Shown here: positions 25,090-34,108 of the stretch, in pieces | How the letters are laid out: each line of letters starts with the position of its first letter | How positions within the stretch are numbered: the first letter of the stretch is position 1 | From: Patescibacteria group bacterium | GTDB taxonomy: Bacteria > Patescibacteriota > Patescibacteriia > UBA9934 | Direction: 5' to 3' | Assembly: GCA_041659765.1 (NCBI GenBank) | Contig: JBAZXR010000001.1 | Span: 531,338 to 595,337 of the forward strand | Length of the DNA: 64,000 bases | Program-made: the position numbers and the translations under genes | Notes under the pieces: generated by a model | The model's database searches: none | Seen by the model: the letters and a program-made list of their open reading frames with translations, nothing else | Told to the model about the DNA's origin: nothing

Positions 25090-25148
25090 TGAGTTTGTCT
25101 ACACTAGTATGGACAAGTAAAAAAGTTTGTCCACGCTAGTGTAGCATT
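25090..25148. promoter_or_regulatory. Two direct copies of an imperfect palindrome (TTGTCYACRCTAGTRTRGACAA-like, centred on ACTAGT), lying in the divergent sigma/HTH promoter region. Candidate operator.
   Basis: GTTTGTCTACACTAGTATGGACAAG ... GTTTGTCCACGCTAGTGTAGCA, immediately upstream of, and overlapping, the ATG of the HTH gene. Confidence 0.4.
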
Positions 25149-25424
25149 ATGCAAACGCCCATTCGCCTCTCCGTTTCTGAAGCTTCGAAGCTATTCGGTG
25201 TCAGCCCGCGGACTGTTCGCCGTGCAGTCTCCGATGGAGCTGTAACCTATATAGTCGTTCAAGGGCGGTATAAAATTACATTCGAGTCCTTGCTCAAGTG
25301 GAGCCAAGAAACCACGACCGTCAAAAACAAGCTGAACAAGTCCGGTCTTGGCCAGTACGTTGGCCAGTGGAAGATCAAAAACAAACTCTACTCCCCCAAC
25401 CCAAAATCGCTTGAAAATGAGTAA
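25149..25424 (+). CDS. Small HTH DNA-binding protein (excisionase/MerR-like HTH_17). Its last 12 codons are identical to the end of the orphan RHS fragment.
   Basis: LSVSEASKLFGVSPRTVRRAVSDGAVTYI, a helix-turn-helix. The C-terminus is YSPNPKSLENE. Confidence 0.6.
   Translation: MQTPIRLSVSEASKLFGVSPRTVRRAVSDGAVTYIVVQGRYKITFESLLKWSQETTTVKNKLNKSGLGQYVGQWKIKNKLYSPNPKSLENE
25388..25424 (+). repeat. Left copy of a 37-bp perfect direct repeat (CTACTCCCCCAACCCAAAATCGCTTGAAAATGAGTAA).
   Basis: Identical sequence at 32185..32221. Both copies encode the ORF end ...YSPNPKSLENE* and are followed by a terminator hairpin. Confidence 0.9.
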
Positions 25425-25426
25425 TT

Positions 25427-25468
25427 AAAACCCGCCTGTCCGGCACAACTGGAAGGCGGATTTTTGTT
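25427..25468 (+). terminator. Rho-independent terminator after the HTH gene.
   Basis: AAAACCCGCC-loop-GGCGGATTTTTGTT. Confidence 0.5.
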
Positions 25469-25537
25469 ATCCACATCAACCAACCTTTAGAGGCCGCTTT
25501 CGTGTTAGAACGAGCATAAGAATTAAATGAACGCTCT

Positions 25538-28500
25538 ATGAGAAAGCTGCTTCGTTCGGGATTCATAGCAACACTCTGTGTGCTCGCAACTACCCTGCCG
25601 GTGCGTGCGATAGAACAAGACAGTTCGCCGTTTATCGCATCCACACCAGTTCGTGTTGCTCCAGAAGACTCTTCGGGGTCTTTTTCATATTCCTATCCCA
25701 TCTCCGTTCCACCCGGACGCAATGCCATGCAGCCAAACATTTCGCTATCTTATAACAGCGGCGTCGCGGATGACGCTAGTATTACGGGCTACGGCTGGAG
25801 CCCCTCAATCCCAAAGATTGAGCGGGTCAACAAACGCGGGGTCGACAAGCTTTACAACAGACACGACTTCACTTCTTCGCTTGGCGGAGAGCTGGTCGAC
25901 GTATTGTTGTCCGATGGTTCGCACGGAACCTATGCGGTCAAAGTCGAAAATGGAAATTTCCTTACCTACGTTTACAACACGAACGAAACCTGGACGGTGA
26001 CGGACATGCTTGGCACGCAATACACCTTCGGCGGGAGCAGCAACTCGCGGGTCATTGACCCTGCCAACAGTTCTCACGTCTTCTCTTGGTACCTCACAGA
26101 AACTCGTGACACGAATGACAACGTCGTCACCTACTCATATTCCAGTACCAATAACCAGGTTTATCCGAGCAACATTAACTATACTGGACACGCCAACACT
26201 GCCGGTATTTTTGACATCGCCTTTACTCTGGAAGCAAGCTCGACCACAAACGAATCATTCGCCACGGGATTCTCTGTAAAAACCGGCCAGCGAATTTCCG
26301 CGATTACCGTAAAAGTGAATAATACAAATGTTCGTATCTACGACATTAACTATACGGTCGGAGACAACACCACCCGACCGCTTCTTTCAAGTATCACAGA
26401 GACCGGGATAGACGAGGCTAGCAACAGCATCACTAAACCCGCTACCACGTTTACATATTCCGCAAGCCACCGGACCTGGACGGAAGATACGACTGCCTCT
26501 ATTCCTATTGCCATAGCGGCAGGAGGCGCGTCTAGCATCGGCACGTTTGTCTTTGATGTAAATGGAGATTCGCTGCCAGACATCGTAAAATCATTAATAA
26601 TTGACAACGGCGGCACGCCCATCATTGAACGTGGAGTATATCTGAACGATGGAAATAACAACTGGGTAGAAGATGCAGGCTACACCATTCCAGTCTATTT
26701 CGCTGGTAATGGCTATGACCAAGGCGTGCGCATCGCCGATTTTAACGGTGACGGCTATCAGGACATTTTGAAAGCGCGGAGAGATCAGAACACCGGTGTT
26801 TTATACAGCGAAGTCTATATCAACGATGGCGATGGAACTGGGTGGACCCAAGATACTACAGTTGTCATTCCTACAGCCTTTGATAACTCAACAAGGATTT
26901 TTGATGTGAACGGAGATGGTCTTCCTGATATTGTCTATGGACGAATGAATCAATGGACAGCTGCGATCGAGAGCGAGTTCTACATCAACAATGGCGACGG
27001 AACTGGCTGGACCCTGGATGGAAATTATGTACTGCCGATAAACATTTCCACTGAAAAGGGAAAAGATGCGGCGTTCCGAACGGCCGACGTCAACGGCGAT
27101 GGGTTAACAGACCTCCTGCAAGCCGTATCAACAACCAACGAGGTCTATATCAATAAGGGGAACGGAACTGGGTGGATCAAAAACACCAGCTACGTCATTC
27201 CCGCAACCTTCCTCGCGACAGGAAAAGATACCGGCACGCGGCTTCTTGATATTAACGGAGATGGTCTCACGGACGTCTTCCACTCTCGTCTTGACTCAAC
27301 AGGAAACCCTGAAAGCAACCTCTACATCAACCGGGGAGGAGAGGAGGGATGGGTTGAAGATACAAACTTTCAAGGAGCGCCGGTCGCCATGACTACCAGC
27401 GCTGGCGCTGACCGTGGCGTCCGAGAAGATAATTTCTCTGGATCGATGTTGACGGACTTCATGCACTCCGTTAGAACCGGAACGCCCGAGGTTCTCTATA
27501 CCTACCTGTTCGTCCAAGACGGAGGCAGGGGCGATCTTCTAACTAGCGTCTCATCAACAAGCGGAGCGACGACAGATGTAGCCTACACCTCTTCCACCGT
27601 TCCCAACCCCTCACTTCCTTTCTCTCTTCAAGTTGTCGATACCATCACGACGGATGACGGATTCGGGAATGTTTCAACGCAATCTTATACATACGAAAAT
27701 GGTTCATTTTACTACAACAATGAATACGACAGAAAGTTCGCTGGGTTCGGAAAAGTAACGACAACGGACGGGCTTGGAAATGTGACGATTAGCTATTACC
27801 ATCAGGGAAATACTTCGGACTCCGCTCATGGCGAAGCAACGGATGACGTCAGCAAGCTCCTACATCGCTATCGCGAAGAACAATACGACAGTAATGGAAA
27901 CCTCTATCGCACGACAATTGACACGTGGGTTAATACTGACATCGGAAATGGCAGAGACTTTGTCTACAAAACGCAGACACTGGTCATGGACTACGATGGT
28001 GATGCCGATCACCGGGATACTGCCGTTCGGTATACATACAATACGAACAACGGAAACCTCGTTGAGAAAATCGAGTATGGTCTTGGCACTGGAAACGATA
28101 ACGGATCCTTTACGGATTCTGGCACGGATGATCGGACGACTGCCTACGCCTACGCGCAGTGGACGAGCGGTGAATCCGGCTACCTGGCCTCCGAAACGCT
28201 CACGGATCATGTCATTGACACCATTCGCCGAACTACCAGGTTCTATGACGGGAACACGACTAACGCCGTAAGCATTGGCAACGTTACGCGAGAGGTGAAA
28301 AAGATTTCGGCTACTGAAAATGCGGAAACAAACTTCGCCTATGACGCGTATGGTTTCCGTACGGCAGTGATTGATGCAAATGGCAATACTACAACCATTA
28401 CTCCCGACGCAGTGGAACTCTATCCGGCGAGCGTCACAAACGATCTCAGTCAAGTCACTGAGTACGTCTATGATTACTCGTCAGGCAAGGTTATAGAGAC

Positions 28501-31210
28501 CACGGATGCGAACGGCTTCATCAGCCAGACGGTGCTGGACGGATTCGATCGTCCTATCACAGAAAAGAAACCAAATCCGTCATCGCCGGCGTCACTCTTG
28601 AACGTTCGCACGTTCTCATATGACGACGTAAGTTTCCCTTCTTCGATCCATGAATCAGACCTGTTCGACGGTTTAATACAGAAAGAAACCTACACGTATT
28701 TTGACGGTTTCAGCCGGCCAGTGCAGACCCGCGAAGAAGCGGCCAGCAGCTACAGCGTGATCGACACCGCGTATGACGAACGTGGAGATGTGAAGAAGGC
28801 CTCCCTTCCCTATTCTTCTGCCGGCTCAGGCCACACGAGCCCAACCACTACCGTCGCGCTCTACGAGACTTACGCCCGTGACGCACTACATCGTCTCACC
28901 AGCAAAACAAATGCTGCAGGAAGCACCGTCACGAGTTACGACGAAGGTATTTCAACAGAAACAGACGCGGAAAATAACACCAAGAAATATCACTGGGATG
29001 GTTTCGGTCGGCTCGAGAGTGTCATTGAAGTCATCGATGCGACCGAGCTCGAAACGTCTTACGAGTACGATGCTGCCGGAAATCTTACCGGACTAACAGA
29101 CGCGGAAAATAACATTCGCACGTTTGCATACAACGGCCTTGGCAACCGGACTGCGATGACTGATCTCCACGCAAGCGGCGATATTTATTTTGGCGAATGG
29201 AGCTACGGTTTCGATCCCCTGGGCAACATGATTCAAGCCGTGAGCCCGAACGGTGTCACCACTACCTACGCGTACGACGAGCTCAATCGCCTTAAAACAG
29301 AAAACGCCTCCGGCACTAGCGGCACAGACCTCACGTACACCTATGATTCCTGCACGAACGGTGTTGGCAAGCGTTGCTCCGCTGCGGTTCTGGGAGGCGC
29401 AACCACCGCCTACACGTATGACGCGTTGGGACGCACGGCGACTGAAGTAAAAACCATCAGCGGCATTGGCTACACCACCGCCTACGCGTACGATCGCCAG
29501 AACAACGTGTCGACCGTCACCTACCCAGACACCAGCACGGCAACCTACGCGCTCAATAGCGCCGGGCAGATTACTTCTGCAGCGTTCGATGACGTTCACG
29601 GAGCTCCCGTCACCGAAGTCAGCAGCATTACCTACGGTCCGCACGGCAAAGTGACGGCAGCTACTTACGGCAACGGAGTTACTTCCACCTGGAGCTATGA
29701 TGCAGCAGAGCTCTATCGCCTCCAGAACAAGACCACCACGTCAGGCACGAATGGCATCGAAAACTTCATCTACGGTTATGATAACGTAGGCAATCTTGCA
29801 ACACTCGCAGACGCTTCATCGCTCTACGGCAGCCTGGCCATCACCTACGGCTACGATGACCTCTACCGCCTCACGGGTGCCGACTCCGTCAGCGCAGACA
29901 GTGCGCTCGACTACACAAAAACCTGGTCCTACACGGACATTGGCAACATTGTCTCTTCCTCAGACAAGGGTTCTTATACGTACGGCGGCACAGCCTCCGG
30001 CAACTACGCCAACCCTCACGCCCCTACTCACATTGGCAGCAGCACCACGCTGACGTACGACTACAATGGCAACATGACCGGTGACGGGACGTGGACAAAT
30101 ACTTGGGATCATCGGAATCAGCTTCTCACTTCAGTAGACGGAACAACGACGGTCACTTATCAGTACGACGACGCTGGTAACCGTGTGGTCCAGGATGGCT
30201 CGGGTGCGACCAGAATCTATCCGAATTCGTATTACTCCGTAGACGGATCCAACGTCGATCGCAACATTCTCGTCGGCGCCCTCGGCTCCGTAGCCACCTC
30301 AAACTGGAATGGTACAGTCGACAGCATCACCTACCATCACACTGACCACCTCGGTGGAACCCATATTGAAACCAACGAAAACGGGGCTACGGTTGAGTAC
30401 ATCATCTATTCTCCATTCGGTGGAACGCTCGTTGACGTAAAAACCGGAGCGTATGAGAACAAAAACAAATACACAGGAAAAGAAAAGGATATAGATACAG
30501 GTTGGTATTATTACGGTGCACGTTATTACAATGCGGAGAATGGAGTATTCTTGAGTGAGGACCCGGTGTTCTTGAACATGGGAACTTCGAATCATGAGTC
30601 CGAACAGAAACGTGTACTTACAGATCCTCAGCTTGGCAACAGTTACGCATACGCACGTGAGAATCCAATCACATATGTGGACCCCAACGGAGAGTTCATC
30701 CCTGTACTGGTGGCCGGACTTCTAGCAATGGCTCCTGAGATCGCTACAACGAGTGCGATCATAGCGAGTGGCGTTGGAGTTGCGGTCTTGGGCAACGCCC
30801 TAGACGTCGCCAGAAATCCGAATTCAAGCATGGTCGAGAGGCTGATGGCTGGAGCAGACGTAGCGGGCATAATTACCCCGTTTGGTGCGACCGAAAGACT
30901 CGGCACCCAAGGCTTCAGATCATTCACCGCATTCAAACGATTTGCCGGAGCGGCGGGCGAAGGACGGCAATGGCACCATATCGTCGAACAAAGTGCATCT
31001 AATATTGAACGATTTGGAGGGCAGGCAATCCACAGTACAGACAACCTCATCAGTCTTCCAAAAGAAATCCATCAACAAGTCAGTGGATATTATTCTTCAA
31101 AAATTCCTGAACTAACCGGAAATCAAACGGTTCGAGAGTGGCTCAGGCCACAATCCTTCGAAAAACAGGTAGAATTCGGCAAACGGATGCTCGATAAATT
31201 CACCAAGTAA
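25538..31210 (+). CDS. RHS/YD-repeat polymorphic toxin, 1890 aa. Architecture: signal peptide, SpvB-like N-domain, FG-GAP/integrin-like repeats, YD repeats, an RHS core ending YAYARENPITYVDPNGE, then a C-terminal WHH-type HNH nuclease toxin tip.
   Basis: SFSYSYPISVPPGRNAMQPNISLSYNS...GYGWS (SpvB); repeated FDVNGDGLPDIV; many YDxxGN YD repeats; tip contains GRQWHHIVEQ...N...H. Confidence 0.85.
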   Translation: MRKLLRSGFIATLCVLATTLPVRAIEQDSSPFIASTPVRVAPEDSSGSFSYSYPISVPPGRNAMQPNISLSYNSGVADDASITGYGWSPSIPKIERVNKRGVDKLYNRHDFTSSLGGELVDVLLSDGSHGTYAVKVENGNFLTYVYNTNETWTVTDMLGTQYTFGGSSNSRVIDPANSSHVFSWYLTETRDTNDNVVTYSYSSTNNQVYPSNINYTGHANTAGIFDIAFTLEASSTTNESFATGFSVKTGQRISAITVKVNNTNVRIYDINYTVGDNTTRPLLSSITETGIDEASNSITKPATTFTYSASHRTWTEDTTASIPIAIAAGGASSIGTFVFDVNGDSLPDIVKSLIIDNGGTPIIERGVYLNDGNNNWVEDAGYTIPVYFAGNGYDQGVRIADFNGDGYQDILKARRDQNTGVLYSEVYINDGDGTGWTQDTTVVIPTAFDNSTRIFDVNGDGLPDIVYGRMNQWTAAIESEFYINNGDGTGWTLDGNYVLPINISTEKGKDAAFRTADVNGDGLTDLLQAVSTTNEVYINKGNGTGWIKNTSYVIPATFLATGKDTGTRLLDINGDGLTDVFHSRLDSTGNPESNLYINRGGEEGWVEDTNFQGAPVAMTTSAGADRGVREDNFSGSMLTDFMHSVRTGTPEVLYTYLFVQDGGRGDLLTSVSSTSGATTDVAYTSSTVPNPSLPFSLQVVDTITTDDGFGNVSTQSYTYENGSFYYNNEYDRKFAGFGKVTTTDGLGNVTISYYHQGNTSDSAHGEATDDVSKLLHRYREEQYDSNGNLYRTTIDTWVNTDIGNGRDFVYKTQTLVMDYDGDADHRDTAVRYTYNTNNGNLVEKIEYGLGTGNDNGSFTDSGTDDRTTAYAYAQWTSGESGYLASETLTDHVIDTIRRTTRFYDGNTTNAVSIGNVTREVKKISATENAETNFAYDAYGFRTAVIDANGNTTTITPDAVELYPASVTNDLSQVTEYVYDYSSGKVIETTDANGFISQTVLDGFDRPITEKKPNPSSPASLLNVRTFSYDDVSFPSSIHESDLFDGLIQKETYTYFDGFSRPVQTREEAASSYSVIDTAYDERGDVKKASLPYSSAGSGHTSPTTTVALYETYARDALHRLTSKTNAAGSTVTSYDEGISTETDAENNTKKYHWDGFGRLESVIEVIDATELETSYEYDAAGNLTGLTDAENNIRTFAYNGLGNRTAMTDLHASGDIYFGEWSYGFDPLGNMIQAVSPNGVTTTYAYDELNRLKTENASGTSGTDLTYTYDSCTNGVGKRCSAAVLGGATTAYTYDALGRTATEVKTISGIGYTTAYAYDRQNNVSTVTYPDTSTATYALNSAGQITSAAFDDVHGAPVTEVSSITYGPHGKVTAATYGNGVTSTWSYDAAELYRLQNKTTTSGTNGIENFIYGYDNVGNLATLADASSLYGSLAITYGYDDLYRLTGADSVSADSALDYTKTWSYTDIGNIVSSSDKGSYTYGGTASGNYANPHAPTHIGSSTTLTYDYNGNMTGDGTWTNTWDHRNQLLTSVDGTTTVTYQYDDAGNRVVQDGSGATRIYPNSYYSVDGSNVDRNILVGALGSVATSNWNGTVDSITYHHTDHLGGTHIETNENGATVEYIIYSPFGGTLVDVKTGAYENKNKYTGKEKDIDTGWYYYGARYYNAENGVFLSEDPVFLNMGTSNHESEQKRVLTDPQLGNSYAYARENPITYVDPNGEFIPVLVAGLLAMAPEIATTSAIIASGVGVAVLGNALDVARNPNSSMVERLMAGADVAGIITPFGATERLGTQGFRSFTAFKRFAGAAGEGRQWHHIVEQSASNIERFGGQAIHSTDNLISLPKEIHQQVSGYYSSKIPELTGNQTVREWLRPQSFEKQVEFGKRMLDKFTK

Positions 31211-31213
31211 TAC

Positions 31214-31609
31214 ATGAATATGAGTAATCAACTATCTCCATCAAACAAAAAAACGCTTCTCTTGAGCCTCAATACACTCATTCGAAAGAACGGTGCGGAA
31301 TCACTAAATAGGATCGCTAATAATGAATACGAGAAGCTATTCTTTTATCCTCCAAATGAAAAGCTAACGGGAACAGAATCAGAAATGTTAATAGCCCTCC
31401 AGAAGAATCCGGCCATCTATCCTGTACTTCAAAAAATTATCACAAACGAATCTGCACGGGTAATTTTTGAACTACTCAATTGGGTGGATGGAACCGGCGA
31501 TCCAGATGGACCATGGAGCGGAGTAGCTCTCGTCGATAGAACGAGTGATGAAGACACGGAGATGCTGCATGATGCATTCTTGGAGGCTTACTGGGAGACA
31601 CAATCCTGA
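31214..31609 (+). CDS. Candidate cognate immunity protein for the RHS C-terminal nuclease.
   Basis: 131-aa ORF starting 4 nt after the RHS stop, co-directional, acidic and small. Position and size are typical of polymorphic-toxin immunity genes; no family recognised. Confidence 0.5.
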   Translation: MNMSNQLSPSNKKTLLLSLNTLIRKNGAESLNRIANNEYEKLFFYPPNEKLTGTESEMLIALQKNPAIYPVLQKIITNESARVIFELLNWVDGTGDPDGPWSGVALVDRTSDEDTEMLHDAFLEAYWETQS

Positions 31610-31639
31610 TCCACCAAACACAAAACCACCCTCATGATC

Positions 31640-32220
31640 TCTACCTCCTCACAAATGCCGACTCCGTCAGCGCAGACAGTGCGCTCGACTACACAAAAAC
31701 CTGGTCCTACACGGGCATTGGCAACATTGCCTCTTCCTCAGATAAGGGTTCTTATACGTACGGCGGCACAGCCTCCGGCAACTACGCCAACCCTCACGCC
31801 CCTACTCACATTGGCAGCAGCACCACGCTGACGTACGACTACAATGGCAACATGACCGGTGACGGGACGTGGACAAATACTTGGGATCATCGGAATCAGC
31901 TTCTCACTTCAGTAGACGGAACAACGACGGTCACTTATCAGTACGACGATGCCGGTAGTCGTGTTCTTCGGGACGGCTCGGGTGCAGCGAGAATCTATCC
32001 GAACTCTTATTACTCGGTAGACGGCACGAATGTTGATCGCAACATCCTCGTCGGCGCTCTCGGATCCGTCGCAACATCGACTTGGAACGCTTCTACTGCC
32101 ACGACCATCTACCATCACACGGACCACTTTGGTGGAACACACGTCGAAACGGATGAGAACGGTGATGCAATCGAATACAACATCTACTCCCCCAACCCAA
32201 AATCGCTTGAAAATGAGTAA
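31640..32220 (+). pseudogene. Orphan RHS core fragment. It duplicates main-gene region 29860..30420, has no start codon at the homology boundary and carries only a 9-aa tip.
   Basis: About 330 bp are near-identical to the main RHS, then diverge. Ends EYNIYSPNPKSLENE*. The in-frame ORF 31852..32220 begins at an internal Met. Confidence 0.75.
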
Positions 32221-32221
32221 A
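32185..32221 (+). repeat. Right copy of the 37-bp perfect direct repeat.
   Basis: Identical to 25388..25424. Confidence 0.9.
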
Positions 32222-32224
32222 CAG

Positions 32225-32256
32225 AAAACCGTCGAGCTGAGCTCGACGGTTTTCGT
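32225..32256. terminator. Bidirectional hairpin terminator between the orphan fragment and the convergent GT4 gene.
   Basis: AAAACCGTCGAGCTGAGCTCGACGGTTTTCG. Confidence 0.6.
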
Positions 32257-33425
32257 TATCGGGTTGCGAGAACGGGCTTTGCTTGGCTCGCGTGCTCTTC
32301 GTAGACATGAAGCGTCTTCTTCGAAATCGCGTCCCAGTTGAACGTGTCCTCTACATAATGACGAGCCACGTGTCCCATGGAGGCGGCCTTCATAGGGTCC
32401 TCTGTTAGCTCGATAATCTTCTCGGCGAGTTCGTTAATATTTCCCGGCTTGAATGGAATACCGTGGTCACCAATTGCCTCCATGTTCTCCGGAATACTCG
32501 CGGCAATCACAGCCTTGCCGTAGCTCATCGCTTCAAGAATGGCGATCGAGAGGCCTTCGCTGATGGAAGGGTGCACGATGAACCGGGAGCCCATGAAGAT
32601 GGACTCAAGCGTTTCTCCGCGCTGGTAACCGGTGAAGATAATTGAATCATCGCCCTTTGCCATCTCCTTCAGTTCTCGAACATACGCGTCCGTAAAAGCT
32701 GAGTCTCCCACGATTGCGAGCTTCAAATCTTTGAAAAGCTCTGGTCGGAGTTCGCGGGCCTTCTTCCAGCCAGAAATAAGCGTGTGCTGGCCCTTGTGGC
32801 GGACAAGTCGCGACACCATGGCGATGTACCCAAATGGCTCAAGCTTAAATGGCTTGAGTAAAATTGGGTCAGCGGAGGCTCGACGTGGCGAAATACCGTT
32901 AGGGATATACGTGGCAGTGACGCCGTATTCTTTCTTCACGTAGTCGCGAAGAACTTTCGATACTGTGATCGTTTCGTGCGGAAAAGTAATGGCGCAGTAT
33001 TCACCCAAATGCAACATCAAACGCGCCAACGGATTCCATTTATCATGGAAGCGGTCAATGGCGTGGAATGTAACCACCACGCGGGCGCGAGGGGCTAGGA
33101 CGCGAGGAATCCACGAGAGCAGGGACTGCCCGACTCCGTGAAAATGGTAGACGTCCGGACGTACAAAGAAACAGGCGTGCATGGTTGAAAGAAAAGTATG
33201 CGAAATTGCGTCCAGCATCTTCGTCTTAATGCTCGGCAAGCGAACAACCCGGATACCGTTAAACATTTTTGTACCGCGCGGCGTATACCAAAAACGCGCG
33301 TAAGCAATTACGGTGTTGTCGAGTCTCACCAAGCGGGTAGCCAACTCCGTGACATGCGTTTCCACGCCGCCGAAAATATTTGGCACTCCCTTTTGTCCAA
33401 TCATGGCAATTTTCATAACCGCCAA
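32256..33425 (-). CDS. Glycosyltransferase family 4 (GT4).
   Basis: MKIAMIGQKGVPNIFGGVETHV... N-terminus and a C-terminal GT-B GT4 region; 389 aa. Confidence 0.8.
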   Translation of the reverse strand: MAVMKIAMIGQKGVPNIFGGVETHVTELATRLVRLDNTVIAYARFWYTPRGTKMFNGIRVVRLPSIKTKMLDAISHTFLSTMHACFFVRPDVYHFHGVGQSLLSWIPRVLAPRARVVVTFHAIDRFHDKWNPLARLMLHLGEYCAITFPHETITVSKVLRDYVKKEYGVTATYIPNGISPRRASADPILLKPFKLEPFGYIAMVSRLVRHKGQHTLISGWKKARELRPELFKDLKLAIVGDSAFTDAYVRELKEMAKGDDSIIFTGYQRGETLESIFMGSRFIVHPSISEGLSIAILEAMSYGKAVIAASIPENMEAIGDHGIPFKPGNINELAEKIIELTEDPMKAASMGHVARHYVEDTFNWDAISKKTLHVYEEHASQAKPVLATR

Positions 33426-33507
33426 TCTTAGCAGAAAAATGGCTTTCTGTCAACCCAAAACTCGCCTTTTTTCGCTAGGTTCAGCGGTAAGTATAGCCTA
33501 CTTTTGG

Positions 33508-33536
33508 TTGACTTTTCGCTCAAAAAATGGTACTGT
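33508..33536 (+). promoter_or_regulatory. Sigma70-like promoter: TTGACT, 17-nt spacer, TACTGT.
   Basis: GGTTGACTTTTCGCTCAAAAAATGGTACTGT upstream of 33580. The -35 context GTTGACTTTT is shared with the promoter at 39420. Confidence 0.5.
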
Positions 33537-33579
33537 GTGTAGTCGACCTCGCGTTGAGGTTGCACATTAAGGAGACGTC

Positions 33580-34026
33580 ATGAAAGTGCTCACCTGTGAC
33601 AAAGTTCTTGGTTGGCCGACGCGAGCAAACAACCTGTACCTCGCGCTCCAGTACACAATCGAGATCCTACAGCTCTCGATCACCGCGTCGAAACGCGCAA
33701 AAAAGGCGAACATCGAGTTCGTCTGGCAGCTGATCGAGAAGTCCGAGGTCGAGTACCTGAATGAAGAGATTTTTACCAAGAAAGACCTGTCGGAAATAAA
33801 AGAGAGTCTGGGCAAGGATGGGCCGAAACTGGGCGTGCAGCTCTCCTGGGAGCTCAAGATCGCGCTCGGGATCCCAACCAATGGCACGGAACCACGCGAA
33901 CGCGCAATTCCGAGCGAAGCCCTGCCCACGGTCAAAGAGCTGAACGAACGGATCAACCGTCTCATCTGGCTCCGCGACAACTACGACGCCGTGAAAGCGG
34001 GGCTGAAGGCCTTCGACAGTCCGTGA
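33580..34026 (+). CDS. Hypothetical small protein (148 aa).
   Basis: SD AAGGAGA lies 6 nt upstream of the ATG, and the gene is followed by the conserved nested-hairpin terminator. No recognisable domain. Confidence 0.6.
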   Translation: MKVLTCDKVLGWPTRANNLYLALQYTIEILQLSITASKRAKKANIEFVWQLIEKSEVEYLNEEIFTKKDLSEIKESLGKDGPKLGVQLSWELKIALGIPTNGTEPRERAIPSEALPTVKELNERINRLIWLRDNYDAVKAGLKAFDSP

Positions 34027-34049
34027 CGCTCAAGCATACGACAACAAAA

Positions 34050-34108
34050 CACCCCACCCTCTCACCGGCACGAGCCGGAACGTTGAGAGAACGGGGTGTT
34101 GTTTTTTT
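34050..34108. terminator. Nested-hairpin rho-independent terminator, family T copy 1. Bidirectional; overlaps the C39 gene stop.
   Basis: ACACCCCaccCTCTCAccggcacgagccggAAcgtTGAGAGaacGGGGTGTtgttttttt. Confidence 0.7.

Noticed and set aside
25375-25644. 89-aa minus-strand ORF spanning the HTH-RHS intergenic region (and its twin at 32093..32308)
   Set aside because: Product of the 37-bp repeat read in antisense; it overlaps two real genes' ends and a terminator.
31634-31831. 65-aa ORF in the orphan RHS region
   Set aside because: Wrong reading frame relative to the RHS homology (out-of-frame P/T-rich translation). The biologically meaningful frame is the pseudogene frame ending at 32220.
29870-32190. 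Possible DGR template/variable repeat pair (RHS core versus orphan copy)
   Set aside because: Mismatches between the two copies are not adenine-specific, and no reverse transcriptase gene is present. The pattern fits RHS core duplication and recombination rather than a DGR.
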